This document shows positions 62,813 through 64,000 of a DNA stretch of 64,000 nucleotides, piece after piece. Under the pieces are notes generated by a model. It worked only from the letters and a program-made list of their open reading frames with translations, did not search any database and was not told the origin of the DNA. This stretch comes from Eledone cirrhosa (taxonomy: Eukaryota). Where the stretch lies: assembly GCA_964016885.1 (NCBI GenBank), contig OZ024754.1, forward strand, positions 24,180,001 through 24,244,000, in the 5' to 3' direction. Each line of letters opens with the position of its first letter. The stretch's first letter is position 1. The translations under genes and the position numbers were made by a program.

Positions 62813-62857
<45 letters not shown>

Positions 62858-62872
62858 AAAAAATGGGGAGAA

Positions 62873-62943
<71 letters not shown>

Positions 62944-62953
<10 letters not shown>

Positions 62954-63309
62954 TAAACGGAATAGAAAATGCTGACAAATTGTTCACAGTTGAAAAATGG
63001 TTTAATTAGGAATAAAAGAGTATTAGTGATTGTATGGGTTAGTATTCAGTTGTGGTTTTAAGTTTTTAAGTTTTTACCGGTTGCGCATTTCTAAATGCTT
63101 TTCAAAAATAATTTTGAGATAGAGTGTCCGAGATCTCAAAATTATTTTTGAAAAGCATTTAGAAATGCGCAACCGGTAAAAACTTAAAAACTTAAAACCA
63201 CAACTGAATACTAACCCATACAATCACTAATACTCTTTTATTCCTAATTAAACCATTTTTCAACTGTGAACAATTTGTCAGCATTTTCTATTCCGTTTAC
63301 CAATATATA
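62944..63309. repeat. Perfect palindrome, ~177-bp arms, 12-nt spacer, with decayed hammerhead near the centre
   Basis: Arms are 62944-63120 / 63133-63309. UUU-UUGAAAA-GCAU(UUAGAA)AUGC-GCAA-CCGG-UA^AAA lies at 63145-63181. Confidence 0.9.
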
Positions 63310-63346
63310 ATAACTTAATAACTTGTGTGTTACACCTCTATTCTTT

Positions 63347-63433
<87 letters not shown>

Positions 63434-63901
63434 GTGTGTGTATATATAATATATATATATAAACAGTATTCAAGAATGTCTTACTAATGCGGTTTCGTGT
63501 GGAACAGGACGTTAAGAGTTAAATAATTTTTGCCAATGCAGATCCCACTAGTTGAATAGAACTGTTTTTTTTATTTTATTTTATACTAAATGCAGATATG
63601 TTAATAATTACACGAGATCTTTTCATAGAAATATATACATAAGTAGATAAATAAATAACTAACGAACTAGTAAATGCGACATGTTCTGCACTCTCTTTTT
63701 CTTCTGTATTTACGTCTCGAACGATAACGATTCGCTGTTCCGGTTGTCAGCTGTTATGAATGAATAGCTGGTATGAACACATACACACACATATATATTA
63801 CATAAATTCATACATACATGTACACAAACAGACACACACACATACTTACATACATATACATGCATGTACACAAACAAACACACGCTCACACACATATGTA
63901 A

Positions 63902-63967
<66 letters not shown>

Positions 63968-64000
63968 ATATACATATATGTGTGTGCGTGTTTGTATATA

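Overview
AT-rich, repeat-dense animal DNA, probably an octopus/coleoid cephalopod (inferred from the SINE/RTE families and (TA)n load). There are two spliced genes arranged head-to-head. PCCA (propionyl-CoA carboxylase alpha) is on the minus strand, with exons 1-12 at 24070->4427 and the rest running off the left edge. PSMB4 (proteasome beta-7) is on the plus strand, complete in 7 exons at 26326-41945. An intact tRNA-Ser(AGA) lies between them. Introns and the gene-free 3' third contain decayed RTE and CR1-like LINEs, a Penelope-like (PLE) fragment with a GIY-YIG domain, two tRNA-derived SINE families, TTAA MITEs, a non-autonomous Helitron and minisatellites. The main unexplained signal is a set of about 8 long DNA palindromes (45-590 bp arms), mostly anchored in (TA)n tracts. 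Each carries a minimal type-I hammerhead ribozyme motif (CUGANGA-stem II-GAAA-palindromic stem III-NUH), intact, decayed or partial, from several unrelated sequence families. One is a C3-G8 to U3-A8 compensatory core variant. One family is also the 3' terminus of the PLE at 10.3-11.5 kb, which links the hairpins to Penelope-like retroelements. All structures were folded by eye, and no ribozyme activity is demonstrated.
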